Source: Tubiluchus corallicola
Lineage: Eukaryota; Animalia; Priapulida
Assembly (NCBI GenBank): GCA_030141605.1
Contig: JAQGDQ010000056.1
Coordinates: 186,001 to 250,000 of the forward strand
Reading direction: 5' to 3'
DNA: 64,000 nt
The notes under the pieces are model-generated. The model saw only the letters and a list, made by a program, of their open reading frames with translations. It did not search any database and was not told where the DNA came from. Shown piece after piece: positions 13,469 to 28,400 of the stretch; within the stretch, counting starts at the first letter, position 1, and the number at the start of each line of letters is the position of its first letter. The position numbers and the translations under genes were made by a program.

Positions 13469-16400
13469 CCTTTCTATTTTAGCCCAAACGACAGAAAACA
13501 ATCTTCTTGCTTATTTGACTTACCTTACTTAGTTGATTCCTTAATGAAGAGCAAGTTTCAATCAATATCAAAACTTCTATATGCACAAGAACGGTTTCAA
13601 GTCAAACACACTCAGACACACACACACATGCACCCACCAACTTAAAATCATCATTCACTAACCCATTAGCAAAATTATATTTAACATATATTATGAATAA
13701 TAATACAAAGTGTAAGCTTACCCCCTCTTCATCGTCGTCATCATCAACTTGTTTATTAGCCTCATTCGCTTCGTCACCTGTATAGTCTTCCATTTCAACC
13801 TAAAAAATATGTAAAACAAATATAAGAACATTATTGTAAATTTTGAAAATATTGTAAAGTTTTCTAGGGGACATAATCGTTTTGTGGACAAGGTTATCAT
13901 TCACATTTCACACTGTTTACTGTTTTCTTGGTTTATTAATCGATCCACTTGGTATCTCAAAAATCTGCATCCATAATTACAATGCAGCTACCCCTTGCCA
14001 CAGTGTTTCCACATCACACTACAATTGTGAACAATACAATGTTTGTTTGACGTTAACCATGTACACTCATATCACTTACCTCAGTTATAGCTGCATCTTG
14101 TAGAAGTGAACGAACATCGAGCTGTATCATATGCCGTGGTGCGGGTTCAAATGCGTTAATAATACCAACAATATCAGCAACCGTGCGTCCATGAATGTTT
14201 CTCTTCTGACACACATTCTTTTCACCCATTACTTCAGCAATGTAAACCTAAAATAAGTAACATTACAAAATATCTTACAGCAGTAAATCATTTATTACCT
14301 AGAGGCAAAATATTTCATAAGATAAATTATTTTAGTGCCACTACTTTTTGTAGATGTGCAATACAAAATTTAAATTTATTAAGTTAGATCATGTAAAGTT
14401 TAACTCAGGCAGGTTCCGCTTAAAATAAAATTCCTTTTCAAAGCTTTATCCATTCAGCACTTCACTTGGTACACATTTTCATTTGTAAATGCAAAAGTGT
14501 GATAATATGAAGCAACTAAGTTTTTTGAAAACTAATGTTGTACTCAATAAACATGCTGGATAACCACGACAGTAGTAATGAAACAGTAGTGCTTTGGTTG
14601 TAAAAATCCTAAATAAATGATTTTTGCCAACTCAAGGAAACTAAACGGTGGTATAATTTAGCTTATTCTCAGACATTCATTGTAAACTTATTACAAACTT
14701 ATTACATATTCCTTAGCGAGAACTCCCCAAGATATTAGAAAGGTAACAAAAATTTAACTAGACAACCGAAATATATATACACAAAGAGAGTTTTCTGAAT
14801 TAGTACAAAGGGAAGGAAGTAGATGAAAAACGTAAGATAACAAAGCGAAGACTATTGAGGCAGCTTACTTGCCAACCCCTTTGCTTTGCGAAGCTCCACA
14901 TGTCCTCAAATTCTCGCACTCGTGCATGGCACGCGTCAACGATGACAAAATTGAAGAAACCATCTTCTATTGTCTTCTTGAAAGCCTTGTGCATGCTACT
15001 GCGATAAGCCTCTTCCATCTCAGCTTCATATTCGTATTCCAGCACCTACAACAATGAACAAGAAAAAAACTTAATGTGAACTTAATGATACATTGCAATA
15101 TTGAATATAAGCTACATGGGGTTATTGAACAGATCTGCAAACTATGGAAAATATTGCACACTCATACTATAATAAACTAATGGAAGCTTGCAGTCTCTCT
15201 ATCTCTTTTACTTACTGCTTTAAGTGTTTTGTCAAAAAGCTAAAGCATAATTCAAATTACTTTCTAAAATTCTAGCATAACGTTTAGTTTACACAGCACT
15301 ATTTTATATTCTACAAATAAGAAGTTATAAAGCAATTTCTAAATACAGCATCTTCAAAACAGCACAAACTTTTTGCATAGCCATGCGGCCACTTTCTGGA
15401 TCGGGAATCATCTTTTCTTTCTCCACCATGAAATAATCATCCAAGGCAATGATTCGTGGAGCAGTTCCACCCATTGCTTGCTCTTTCTCCTGCAATTGCA
15501 AATAAATGTCAGTTTTTACCGCATCACACATGGTTACAGTTCAATAGTAAAGTGCAATTATTTTAAAGATAATGATTTGCAAATACACACATTGCAATGA
15601 AAGATGGTTATAAATGTTGGTTATTTTAAGAGAAATTTTCACTCATGACCTGCTACCCTATCCAGTCTCGTGAAAGTTAAAAATTGATAAGTTGTTCAAG
15701 TTTATTAAAACTATTCAATAAATTGTTGATTGATCAAGCTTTTATTTATTCCAATGCAATAATGGCAAGAGGTATAATACTATAGTTATAAAACAATGCT
15801 GCCACTCACTTTTATTAATTTAGCTAAGTAACTTTTTCCCGCTCCTGGTGGCCCTCGTAATATAATCACAATATTACGAGGTCTGGTAAGTCTTCCAGGT
15901 TTATTAAGAAGATCCTGAAAATACAAAGTTTCATGTATTTCACATCCAAAAACATACACTGATAAAAAAATAATCAGCCATTATTCAGCATAAGGCAATA
16001 CATTAAACTGTCCCTGAAACTAGCCTTATAAAATTTTCAAGCAACTTTTAAACATTTAAAAGTCAAGTTCTTCTTCAAAACATTCTAGCAATGTTTACAA
16101 ACTTTTAAATAAAGAAAACTGAACAGAAATAAAACCGGAGAAACCAACAATAATAGCTCGAAATATAGAAAAGCAGATAAACAATACTACAGATAAGTAA
16201 CCGTGTAATAGAAAAAAACAGGTAAAAAATTATTACAACAAGTTAGAAAACGTGATTATGACACCCTTACCATTAAATAAAAGTAAATGTAAGGAAATCT
16301 TCAAATGTTTCTTGAAGTGTTTCTATGATACTGATGCTACTATTTTGTATCTGGCAAGCTCTCAAAATTGAATGAGCTTTTAACAATCAAAAATTTTTTA

Positions 16401-19400
16401 AAACCTTTGTCACTTTTGGAACTGTTGACTTCAACTGTTCACAGTGCCAAAATATTACAAAATGTCTTAAGTTAATCAATAATAAATGCATAGTCACACG
16501 AAAAGCAACTTTGCAAATACATAAAATGATAAGAAAAACCTCTATCGAGATTATTTCAAGCTTCACAGGAGCAGCTTCTGCTTGGTTTGTTTGAGGAATA
16601 TTGTTTGATCCTCTTCTTTCAGCATCGGCATACCTAAAAATGCAAATTAAATAAACACAGAGATCGTATTTTTCTACCTTTGTTTGAGTAAATTCAGATT
16701 TATGTTAAATAAAATTAAAGTAGCGAATAAATGGAAATTAAACAGAAATTGAGAAAACAAGACCAAATTGTTTTTTAAACAATAACATGTAAGGGGGTAA
16801 GAAGATCAGAAAATGCTTTAGTAAAAAATACAGCTTAACACAGCAAGGGCCAAAATCTAGCATTAAATACAGGACCTACTTAATGTTAAATGGTTATAGT
16901 GAGATTGAACCATGTTTGTTATTAAAAGAGTAATTCTGTAACACACTTCGAATGAATAATCTTAACAAGCAATGCCGAATAAACCAAAGTGTGTTAGCTG
17001 CGTAAAATTTGCAACTACCCTCCTTCACCGAGGAAAAATAGCAGGAAACGATTACTAAAATGCTTCAGAAAAAACTTTGAAGATAAAACAGTTTGCATAT
17101 AAGTAACAGTGAATCAATTATGGCATGTTTAAAAGATCCAGGAAAACATTCTAAATTTAAATATGCAAGCAGGCAATTTTTAAGGTGAAATTACCTGCGT
17201 TAATTGCTGAAGTTTTACCGTTGCATTTTACTTTTTAATTCTGAGCACAGTTTTTAATATCAATGTCTTATATTTTGTAGGTAGAACGTCTAGAGTTTAA
17301 GTCTTGCACTAAGTTGATTAGAAAACTTCTCACTGTGTGAAAGCTTGTAAAAAAATTCACATAGCTATTACTAAGGTCAACTATCAATGCACATTGTAAC
17401 ATTAAGTTTGACCACAACTAACTCTCGAAAAGGGACAAATATAAAAAGACTTTTTATACCGTTTCATTCAACAGCTACTGTGTTACTATAATAATGTTAT
17501 AGCTCTTAAGCCTACATTACTATAAACGCTATGAAAGTAGCAAGTTCAGCATATTAACATATTAAAAAAAACTGTTTGGTAAATAAACAGTAAAACCATA
17601 AATGGACAAACCTGTCTAAATGACTAGGTGCAGGAGGCGTTCCTTCCAAGCGTTGACCTCTAAGATAAGAATTATAATCACGATTATATGTATCAGACTG
17701 ACTGTATGGATCAGAAGCAGAGCGGTTATATGGGTCCTGATACGCACTTTCATATCCGCTACAAATGTCTCGGGAATTCACGCCTAAAAAATAAGACAAG
17801 AAAACAAAAAGCATGCATTCAATTTAGTAGTCTTCAAATAATTTGACAAAAAGTATTTCAAAATGAATCTTCCTTTGCAAAACACACCAAAGGCAGTTTA
17901 ACTGTAGGATCTCATCTAGCTTTCTTTATCACTGAATGGTTTAACCAAGTCTTAGAATGTAAGCTTCCCATTCCTGGAAATTGATACATTCACCAGATTT
18001 TGCAAATGGGATGGTTTTAAGATTTTTTGTGTTATTTGTGTTTTTCTGTTGTGTAGTTATTCTGTAATGGTTGTGTTAATACTTCAAAATCTCTAAATAC
18101 TTTCAATTTGTATCTTTTTTGAATACTTTGCACTCTTTTTGATCTGAAAATAATACGCAGCAAAAAAGTTGTTAGCAAGAATTTTCACTACTAGTGCAAA
18201 ATCAAAATGGTGATGCCTTTAAAAATGCTTTAGAAAATTTATTCTATTTGCCATAACAAAATAATACACATAAATATGATGAAATAATTATAGAATTAAA
18301 AAGAAAAACAAGCACGTAAATAATAAAGTTGATCAGTGAATATCGGGTCTGTCCAAAAAGAAAACTTGTATAAGACAGGCCAAATATGGCAATGACAACA
18401 GTGATAGCAATGATGACTCATTTCCAATCAGATCTACAATGGGTACAATTAAAAACTAACTTAAAAATCTACATTCTGGGCACTAGGTTAAGAAAATTGA
18501 AAACTAACAATTTAATTTAACTTAAGAAAAAAACACAGTACCTCTGACATCATCTTGAGTTTGCAGTGAATGATGCCGTGGTGGAGAATGACCCCGTAAA
18601 TGAGAAGCTGGCGGCGGTGTTCGACTATGAGCAACAGGAGGTGGTGGTGGTGGTGGTGGTGGTGTAGTGCGATACACAGACAACACTGTACTATGGCTAG
18701 CTTCCACAGGTTTGTGTGTATGACCATAATCAATAACCTGAATTTTTGTTGGTGGTGCACCTGTGAAATAAGCAAAAATTTCACATAAAAGAGATAATGG
18801 GCACAAAAATGTGCAATGTGCAATTTTAACTTAGCTGAGTGAATTGAGTGCAGTGGAAATAGAGCTAGTTGTTACAAATCAATAAAGTATAAGTCAAAAT
18901 CAATAAAAACCCATACCCAAGTCTCGTTCAACAAGTGGATGCAGCCTTCTATAAAGATCGTCTCCCACAGATGGTAGTCTACTGTACCTGTATAATAAAA
19001 AACACAAACACACTGTCTCCAAGCATACTCAAACTGCTAAATTATTAAGCAAATGTTGCAATACATTAAAAGAATAAAATTAATTGTTTATTGACAATTT
19101 TCCATTAACAGCTGTAAACCTCATCTAATACATTTGTGCTACATCCTTCATTACCATTTTTTTAATTAGTGTGCACAAATTTTTGACAAAAAGTAATGTT
19201 TTTCTTAATCTCTTAACAGTATACTTTATTAAACTTACTTAATGAATTCATTCAGCCTACTACATATTTTAACAGACCAGAACAGTAATTACAAATCTTG
19301 TTAACACAGGGTATTAAAATATCGTGTCTGGGTTAAATTGTACATTTTCCATTCACAACATTGTAGACAAAAATTGGTGGAATTATCAAAGTTGGAGTGA

Positions 19401-22400
19401 AAAAGCTGCCTATTTCTATTTCAATTAATGTGGTTATTGATGCAATTAACATGCTAAACAAGATTAACAGGGTACAGTACATACAATCTATAAAAAAAAA
19501 AATTTGCCCCTAGTGATGGTAGGTAAGAGGTCAATGCTCTGCATGCAGTTCAATCATTTATATTAACAGATCTTGCAGTTTTCACAAATTTTCTACTTGT
19601 ACCTGTCATCATAACGTGCTTTTGGATATCTTTCAGGATATCGATAAGGATCACTGATGCGTTCATATGGATTAAGCCCATAATCAGGATACCTGTTATC
19701 TGCAAAGTACAGAAATGAACGTGAAACATTTGAACAATGTAATCTTTCTAGACATTTCAATAATATAACTCCTCTACAGTATAATTCGGAATTTTCTAAG
19801 CAATAAGAAATAAATGCATAGCTAAGTTCATCGTTTTGTTAGAAATAATTGTGTCAGACCTCACGAATTAGAAATTAGATGTTAGCTTAAAATGGTACAA
19901 TCGTACATTTACATGTTCTTCAACAATATTTACTTGTCAATTTCATAAAAACAGGTTGGTAATTTTAGAACAGCAAGTGTTTTGGCAAAACGTCAAAAAT
20001 TACAGAACTGTTATAAACTGCTCTTGAAACTACTGGCAGTAACAAATTCAAAGTCATCAAGCACACTAGGTTATCACTCCATTGGTATTACTCAAGTGTC
20101 AAGTTTTATTGATTTGGTCTTGTTGCTATTAACAATAATAGCAATTTGAAAGAAAAATGTTTGAATTGATGTACAAGATCCCTACTGACCTTCATAATAA
20201 ATTTAAGGTCTTAAATTGCTGACAGTTTTCTAAATATATATTTTCCAGGGCCGTAGCCTAATGGAGATAATCTTCCATAATTCAAGCCACATATAGTTTT
20301 GCGAAGGTATAAAAATGATGGTAAGATACAATAATAGTTGTTATAAATAAAAGCATGAAAAACCAAGAAACCAAGAACCTATTATTTTGTTCAAATGAGT
20401 AGATCTATATTTAGTTTAATTAGATTTTAGTTATATTTTTACATATAGATATTTTGGCACTAGTTCATATAGCGAACACTCCTTATGTGCATGATGTCTG
20501 CACAAACAAATACTACGATTTTGCCGAGTCTAATCCAACCAGTCTTAGATGATTCATTATTTCTAAAATTCACCTCTGTAGGGATCCATACGATCACGAC
20601 CACAAGAAGCACTAGTTCTATCATAATCTCTCCTTTCCCATTCTGAAACTCGACCTGCCCCGACACCACGATACCACCCAGGTTGCGTGTAGTCACTCTC
20701 GGAACGAGGCTCCACAGCTCTGGAATCATATCTCTCATCTTTGTACCTGCTATCTAGATATCTAACTGATCCTCTAATGCCGTCTTCTGGTGGAAGACGC
20801 CGCTGTCCACTAGGCCCTGCTGTCACCTGCAACTATAAGCAGATATGCACTATTGTTTCAAGCATACGTATAAATATATACATACACGTATAACATACAC
20901 AAGTTTATATACATATACACATGTATATATATAATCGTATATACACACATATATATATATATATTCACTTGTATGAATGCATAGTCAAGCCTATTTTACT
21001 CAAAAATGCATAATTAACTTCACACGTAACACGAGAAAGGAAACAGCATAATTTTACTCTCATATATTCCTATTTAATATGAAAGGAAATATATAATATA
21101 CACAAAAAGCAAGTGAACATTTAACATGTACAAAAATTGTGGAATAGACTCCACATACCAGTCTTTTTAAATAATCACATCTTGTACAGCGACATAATTT
21201 ATAATAATAGGCAATGCCACGCAGGTTCTAAAACATGTGTTAGCTGCAGCACGCACCACTTGATATCTGCCCTCCATAATAGCATGTTGTCTGTAAATTT
21301 CAGAGCTTGAATTTTAACTCCTAAACTCTATGTGCTTTTGCTTATTTTTGTTTTCCACAAAAACTAAAATACAGTATGTGGTTTTCTGGAAGGTGAAGGT
21401 GTAGGGGATAATTTTACTGATGCACAACACAAACACAGAGCGTTAACAAAGATGCATGATCCCAAAAAAGCAAACATGTATCACTGAGTGTTTTAAGTCT
21501 TCTTAAAACATTTTCTAAATAAATAATGTTTTTTATTAAACTGCTAGTCGTTATATAGCAACACTAAATTACAAATAACTGACAAAACAGACATTGCCAT
21601 TCAAACTCTGCTATTCACTGACTATTCGAATGCAGTGCTCTAACTGTAAAATTTTGACAAGGTATACTGTATAGTGCAAAACCTGGCAACCCAGCTTCAT
21701 TGGCGATTTGGTGGAAAACTGATCTTTGCTACCTATTTACCATTTTCGCTTCTTAATTTGTAATTTCTTTCCTCACTTCTCTGTGACAAAATTAGCTTCA
21801 CTTTTGCCTCATCTATGTAGCCACTAAACTTTGGGTCTAAGTCTGAGATTGCATCTGAAGCACAACTTCTCTTTGATTTTCCACACTTGAAACAGCTGGA
21901 GAAACCCTGAATTTTTGTAGGAGTATCCACGTAGTTGCAAGTATTCAAACATCCTTTTTTGCATAGTGACAATAATTAATAAAAACTAACATGCGCAAAA
22001 GACATAAGCGATGCGGTACCATTTGATTATTAATGCAAGACAACAACGTGGAAAATTTTGATCGCAACATACTCTACACTTTTAACGCGTGTTTTATTCA
22101 CAGTCAATTTACTATACGCTATGTGACACTAGTCACACATTTACACTTATTTTTTTAATATACACACTGTATACCACTGTAATTTGGTTGTATATTGTAA
22201 AGTTGAGCTCTGAACATAATCAGATCTTTAACATTTACGTTCCTCAAAAGTTATACAGCTTGTTTTCAGATAATATGTACTTTTAAAATGTAAGTTGGAA
22301 AAGACAAATGGACACATGAACCCATTCAAAAACTGAAACAACTCAAATACCAGATAAATGCTGTAAAAATGTGTTTATCTCTTTGTAAAGAATCCAGCTA

Positions 22401-25400
22401 CATAAGATTTTTTTGTGTAGAATTTTTGTAAAGGGCAATTTTAATACATTACAACACTATCACAGCTCAACTTTACAAACAAGCACTGTCAAAATGCTGA
22501 AACAAATAATTTTACTTCATCTGCTGCATCGTTATATGCTCTGCCAATTAATCCAAGAGCTGATTTTTTGGTTTCTTCATGACGTTGTTGTTCCTCTTTC
22601 TTTTTCTGCTGCTCTCCAATTAAGCTTTTTAAACTGATGTTTTCCTGCAAAGCCTTTAACGATTCCAGTTTGGATTTCTGTTCTTTCAATAATTTGATTT
22701 CTTGTTCCTGGAAAGTATTAGTAGAAAGTTTGCAAACTTTTTTACAAACTGCAAGGAACAAATTACAACATGAAGATCAGCAATATAGACAACCAAGCAA
22801 AGTGAATTCAATCATCAATGAAGGAAACATTATGACTTTGAAAGAAAATTTAAGATCACTTCAAGGTCAAATTATAGAATAACTGATTTCATTGAAGTGA
22901 TATGTGATTCTTAGGTAATCAAGCTTGGAGAATTACATGCCTACAGTTTACATGCTAGGTATCAAGCGTGTCTGCGGTTATATGAAAAAATGAATAATGA
23001 CTAAATTTCGTAAAGAAGATTTTTTTACCTTTAACTCAACATCTTTATTTACGTATCGTTCATCCCGGTATTGTGCAGGCCTTCGTTCACTACTGGAAGG
23101 TCGTTCATCGCTGTGCTTGCTCCAATTAGATGACTCCTCTTTATGATCTTTATCATGTGACCGTTCATGACTGGAACGAGAATCATATCTGCTTTTTGTA
23201 TAACTGTCTCTTGAAACAGGTCTGTTATCTCGGTCATACGAACGTTCACGAGAATCTCTATCCTTAGATAAGCGCTTCTCATCATTTTGGTATTTAGATC
23301 TGGTTGATATATCTCTTCCGAAACGATCCAGTAAGGGTTTATCCTTGTGTTTATTGATATTTCTAGGAGTTTTCGAAGATCTCAAACTATTACTTTTGCT
23401 ATCTGTAGAGCCCTCATTTTGATCATCAAAAGTTGCTAGTTCATCATCACTAATGGCTTCATGCATATCATAATTATCAGCAGCTATAATATTCTCACTA
23501 ATATTCTCAGAGCTAGCAGGCATCACCTTTTTGTTTGTTTCATCTATTTTTTTACCATGTTCAATTTCTTGTTTTGGTATAAAACCTTCAGTTTCCACCT
23601 GTTTTATACTGCCATTTGCCTCTTTCAGACTGGTCTCTATACTTTCTTGATTTTCTTGACTTTCACTTTGCCCAAGTTTCTCTTTATTATTTTCTTGTTT
23701 TCTTTTGCTTTCTACATGACCTCCTTGTTCTGTTTTAATTTCCTCAGTTTCCTGATTAGGTTCATTTTTCAGATCTTCTTTTTTAGTTTTACCCGTGGTT
23801 TTTTCTTTAGAGGCTCCAATTTCTGAATCTTCTTGTTTTATTTCACTTTCAGTCCTCTCCTGAAAAACTTTATCTTTAAATTCTTCATGTATGTCGCCCT
23901 TTACAGGTTTCGCATCCACATTAGAAGGTGCCATTGCTGTGTCAGATTTCAAAGCATTTCCAGGAGTTCCTTTTGGTGGAAACCTAATAGTAGGACCAAC
24001 ACTGCCAGTTGGAGATCCTGTATCACTAGCTTTATCCTTATCAGACACAGTTTGTCTCTCACTTGCTTTAAATTTTTCTTGAGAAGTAGCAGTAGCAACC
24101 CTTTGCTGACTAGTTTGTTCAAGGAGTGGACCTCGTCCAAAGCTACCAGGAAATACAGTGCTTGGCTGAATTTGTTGCATTTGCGGCTGTTGAAACAAGA
24201 CATTTTGTTGCGGTCCCTGCAAACATGTAAACAACAAAATCGTGTTATTTCCTAATACTGTAAAATTGTAAAATACCAAAGTATTTATCACAATTTATGA
24301 TACGAAAACTCCAGAAATCATAACAATATGTAATACAGAATTGCCAGTTTTCACTTAATGTATTAAAAGTTTATTCCTATTTATAGGAATTACAATTTAT
24401 ATATGTTTGCTAGCCAAACATCGGAAATGAATTTTGCGAATAAACACACAACGTCGATCTACACCACACCACATTACGCACACTTCACCACACCCATCAC
24501 CCACACTACGCTATTCACACCACATGTCCCATATCACGCTATCCACACCACACCACAGCACCCACATGACACAACTCGTGCACACCAGGCCACCCATACC
24601 ATGCCAGATCCACATCAAACCCACCACACCACTCCAATGACGACGATGGCAACAACAACAACATCAGCATGAAAAACAACAAAAAACCCATCAGTATCAA
24701 CCTAAGTAAACTGTGCAAAAACATTTTGCGCATTGTCAAAGCTGAGTGAAATAACAAATGCTTTAATATCCTCCGCCGATGATCATTAATGCACGAACAT
24801 AATACACACTCTTTGCAAATTGCTCCTATAATGATGGTGTAGGCTAAAAGATACTACTTATACAGTAGGCGCTGTTTAATAGACTCACGGTTAATAGACT
24901 CAATCACTTAATTGACTCAAAAACGCTTGGAATGGGCCGCTTCTATTCAAATATACATAAAAACTATCGATAATAGACTCAAATAACTCTGCATAACTGA
25001 CTCAATATTTTTCCTTCACGTACTTAAAATAAGACTTTTGTATGTGCCAAAAGAGCCTTTCCTACTTTGATGTCATCTTTACCTCCCTTTTGTGCACAAT
25101 GTATACAGAAACAATCATGTTAAGTACCGTGTTGTTTGTAAGCACTTACGTTTATCGTGTGCTAATACGCTAGCGTAGCGGTTTGCTTTGAATCTGTTAC
25201 CCAAAGAATTTCTGGAAGGTAAACATTTAATCACTTGTCTAGCGGCTTCCTTTTGATGCTCTCGTTGCAAATCACGCTTTCAGGTTTAATGAGTTAAAGT
25301 GAAAGATGCAGGTACAGTAGTACCTCTGTTTTCGACCATAATTCGTTCCTAAAAAGTGTTGGAAAACCGATTTGGTTGAGTACCGAATCATTTATTCTCA

Positions 25401-28400
25401 TAAGAAATAATGTAAAAGCAAATAATCCGTTCTCAAGCTCCAAATAAACTGTAAACTATTACTAAAACGAAATATGAGAATGCAAAAATGTTTGTTCAAA
25501 CAGTAGATATGATATAATTGATAAGAAAAACATAGTAGAATTACTTTGAAAGAAAAACATAATTGTTTCTGCATGAAGAAGCGGAGAAAAATAAGCGTAG
25601 AAAGCACTTTATGATGTTAGGCAATTCAAATCTTGTGCGTGACTACCCTCGGGCGCGGTCGATTACGCTCGGCTCTACTCGGCTCGCCACACATGTGTTC
25701 ATCACATGTTTGGCGGTTGGTTGAGAACCGAATTCTGGTCGAGAGTGGAGACAATTTCAGCTCGAATTTTCTGGTCGAAAACCAATTTGTATGAGTACGG
25801 AGATGTTCGACAACGAAGGTATGACTGTACAGTATAATAAGCTGGTATTCCTTGTGACTTACACGAGTAAACATCGTACAGCAAATAAGAGCAATTTGAG
25901 CGATGTGATTCAGAACTGTTTTAGTCATGCACAACAACAATTTTCAACGTTTTTATAGTTACGAGAACTTTGTGGGCCAATTTCTTCGCGAGAAAATGAA
26001 GCAGCCTCAGCCGACTTTGAAGGAATTTTTGTAATTTTTGCAAATAAACAGACTTAGAAAAATCTGTGATTTAGAAAAGTATACTTTTTAAATTATTACT
26101 AATTTGCTTATATAAATTAATATTTTAAAATGTTTTTTCTAATTTTTAACTACACAAAGGAATTTAGGCATTATTTCATTTCTAAAATTCATTAAAAACC
26201 TTTACAGTGCATAGTAAACTGATGTCTCATACTTCTATACCTGTAATACTACACCCATCAGTTAACAGGTTCAGTCGGTTAATTGGGTCAAAACACGTCG
26301 GTCCCAAAGTGAGTCTATTAAGCGGCGCCTATTGTATATCGCAATACACAGTGGAAGTTTAATAGAATGTGAAGCAAAGTACAGAATATAATATAATGAC
26401 GCCACACACAATGGATTCGCGTTTTCCAAATGACAATCTCCCAAAATGAAACACGTAGCCATTCCTTCTGGTAAAGGCATTCATAAAAGTAGATGCATCA
26501 TTGTATAGTCCAGTTCCTCCTCCTTCAGAAGAGTTGAAAATCTCCTTCTAAGACCCACAATCTTTCAAAAAATTGTAAAGGCTGTATTGGGGTAAATGCA
26601 GGAGCCGTGTCCCTGGCACAAAATGTAAACAGCCCCACTACACCCACTATTGAATAAGCTATCGAACTATTAGTGGCACCACCCCTAGCACATTCCTGTT
26701 TTCTAGAAATAAGAGGTACAAATTTTGCAAAAAGGGCAAAAACAGCCATTTTTAGAAGTCCCGTATAACCATCGATGAGTCGACACTAGATTGAGACTTT
26801 TCATTTGATATACAGATTGCTGGAAATGATGCAGCCGCTCGAGGTGTAGCCTCGAATCTTTTAGAAGTAAGAAATGTTTTCTATAAATAAGAGGCACAAG
26901 TCTTGCAAAAACGGCCATTTTAGAGGACCCCATCACCATTGATGAGAAGACACTAATCAAGACTTTTCATTTGATATACAGATTGCTGGAAATGATGCAG
27001 CTATTGGAGCTAAAGCCTGGAATTATATATATGTATATCGTATCAAGTGGTGCAGAAAAATGTACCAAAGCTTAGACTACGATAATATGAGATGCAAGTG
27101 CATACAAAACTAAAATTTTACAACAAGATATTACAATACATTAACTTTTGGCTGTTACAAGTTTATAGTTTTTAAGTGGTTTTTAAGTTATACCTAAAAT
27201 ACAAAAAATTACATGTTAAATGATTAAATGTTGGAACAATGTCAGCTATAATCATCAATTGGAAAACAGGCACATTGACATATAACGCAGCTCAATACAT
27301 GGCATCAAAACAATAAAGAAAGCAACCAGTTTACATCAGGTCTTCACCACAGAAAAGAAAGCACTAATGAAGATTTGTTGCTAAGAAAAACTGGATTTAA
27401 TCATCTGGGTTAAGATACCTGGAATTCCCTTAAAGAGAAAGTGTATAATGGCTGTAGACTCAGTGCACAGAGCTATTTAATGCAAAGGTATTAAAAGCAA
27501 AAATTGTTGAGTGCTCTGTGCAAATACCCCAGAAGTAAGAAACTGTGTCAGCTGTTGGAAAAAATGCCTTCCTCTAGATTACAGTGAAAATGGTGGGTAC
27601 CTAGAACATTTACTGAAAATTTTAACAAAAGTGACACAAAGTTTTTTCCGGCACTTATTTTTTTGGATTCGTTGATTTAAAACTTCCGTATCTTTGGATA
27701 AATCTAATGGACTGACCTAAAATTTTTAGTACATCCGTAACACCAATCTGGTAATTTGTAAGCGATTATGTTATCTTTTTTCTTAAAATATCATGATCAA
27801 AACTTCTGTACTTTTTTTTATGCCACCTGATATATAAATCTTGGTACAAGAGAAATTAATATGTTAGAATCAAACATCTTTTATCAAAAAAACAGCTGAG
27901 ATATGCCACTTTTACGCAAGTGTCACCTATGGAATACCAACTGACATAATAGAAAACATGTAGTTTGTGACTACTTACTTGACTTGCCGAAGTACTGAAG
28001 GTGTTCTGTATTAGTCGTGATTGCTGCAGTAAACGTTCATCACGCCGGCGACGAATTTCTTTTCGGCGTTGATTCATTTCATCTTTCCACTGTAGCCACT
28101 GCTTCTCATATTGCTTAAACAGCTCTTGATTGGGATGGTTGGCATTCTGAAGTAAAACAACCACAACACTGTCTTCTTAAACCAGCTGATAGTAATGACA
28201 TGCAAAATCTGGCCCTGCATGCAAACCACTAAGAATAACAACATGCATAGTTTCCATACCTGAGTTTTCCAATCCTCAAACTGTTTTTCCCATTCTTTAT
28301 ATTGCTTCTCAAATTCTTCTTCTTCCAGTTCCTCCTAAAAGCCACCACAGTAATGTTAAAAAACCCAATGGATATAAATAAGCATTTATTAGAATTAATA

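Noticed and set aside
18512-18823. Poly-His and poly-Trp ORFs
   Set aside because: Alternative frames of the (CCA)n poly-Pro tract in a YLPM1 exon.
23461-24255. Plus-strand ORFs of 121 and 140 aa
   Set aside because: Antisense shadows of the large YLPM1 exon; Phe/Leu-rich composition is the reverse complement of Glu/Lys codons.
24403-24757. His/Thr-rich ORFs
   Set aside because: Products of a CAC-rich low-complexity repeat; no splice sites fitting the gene model.
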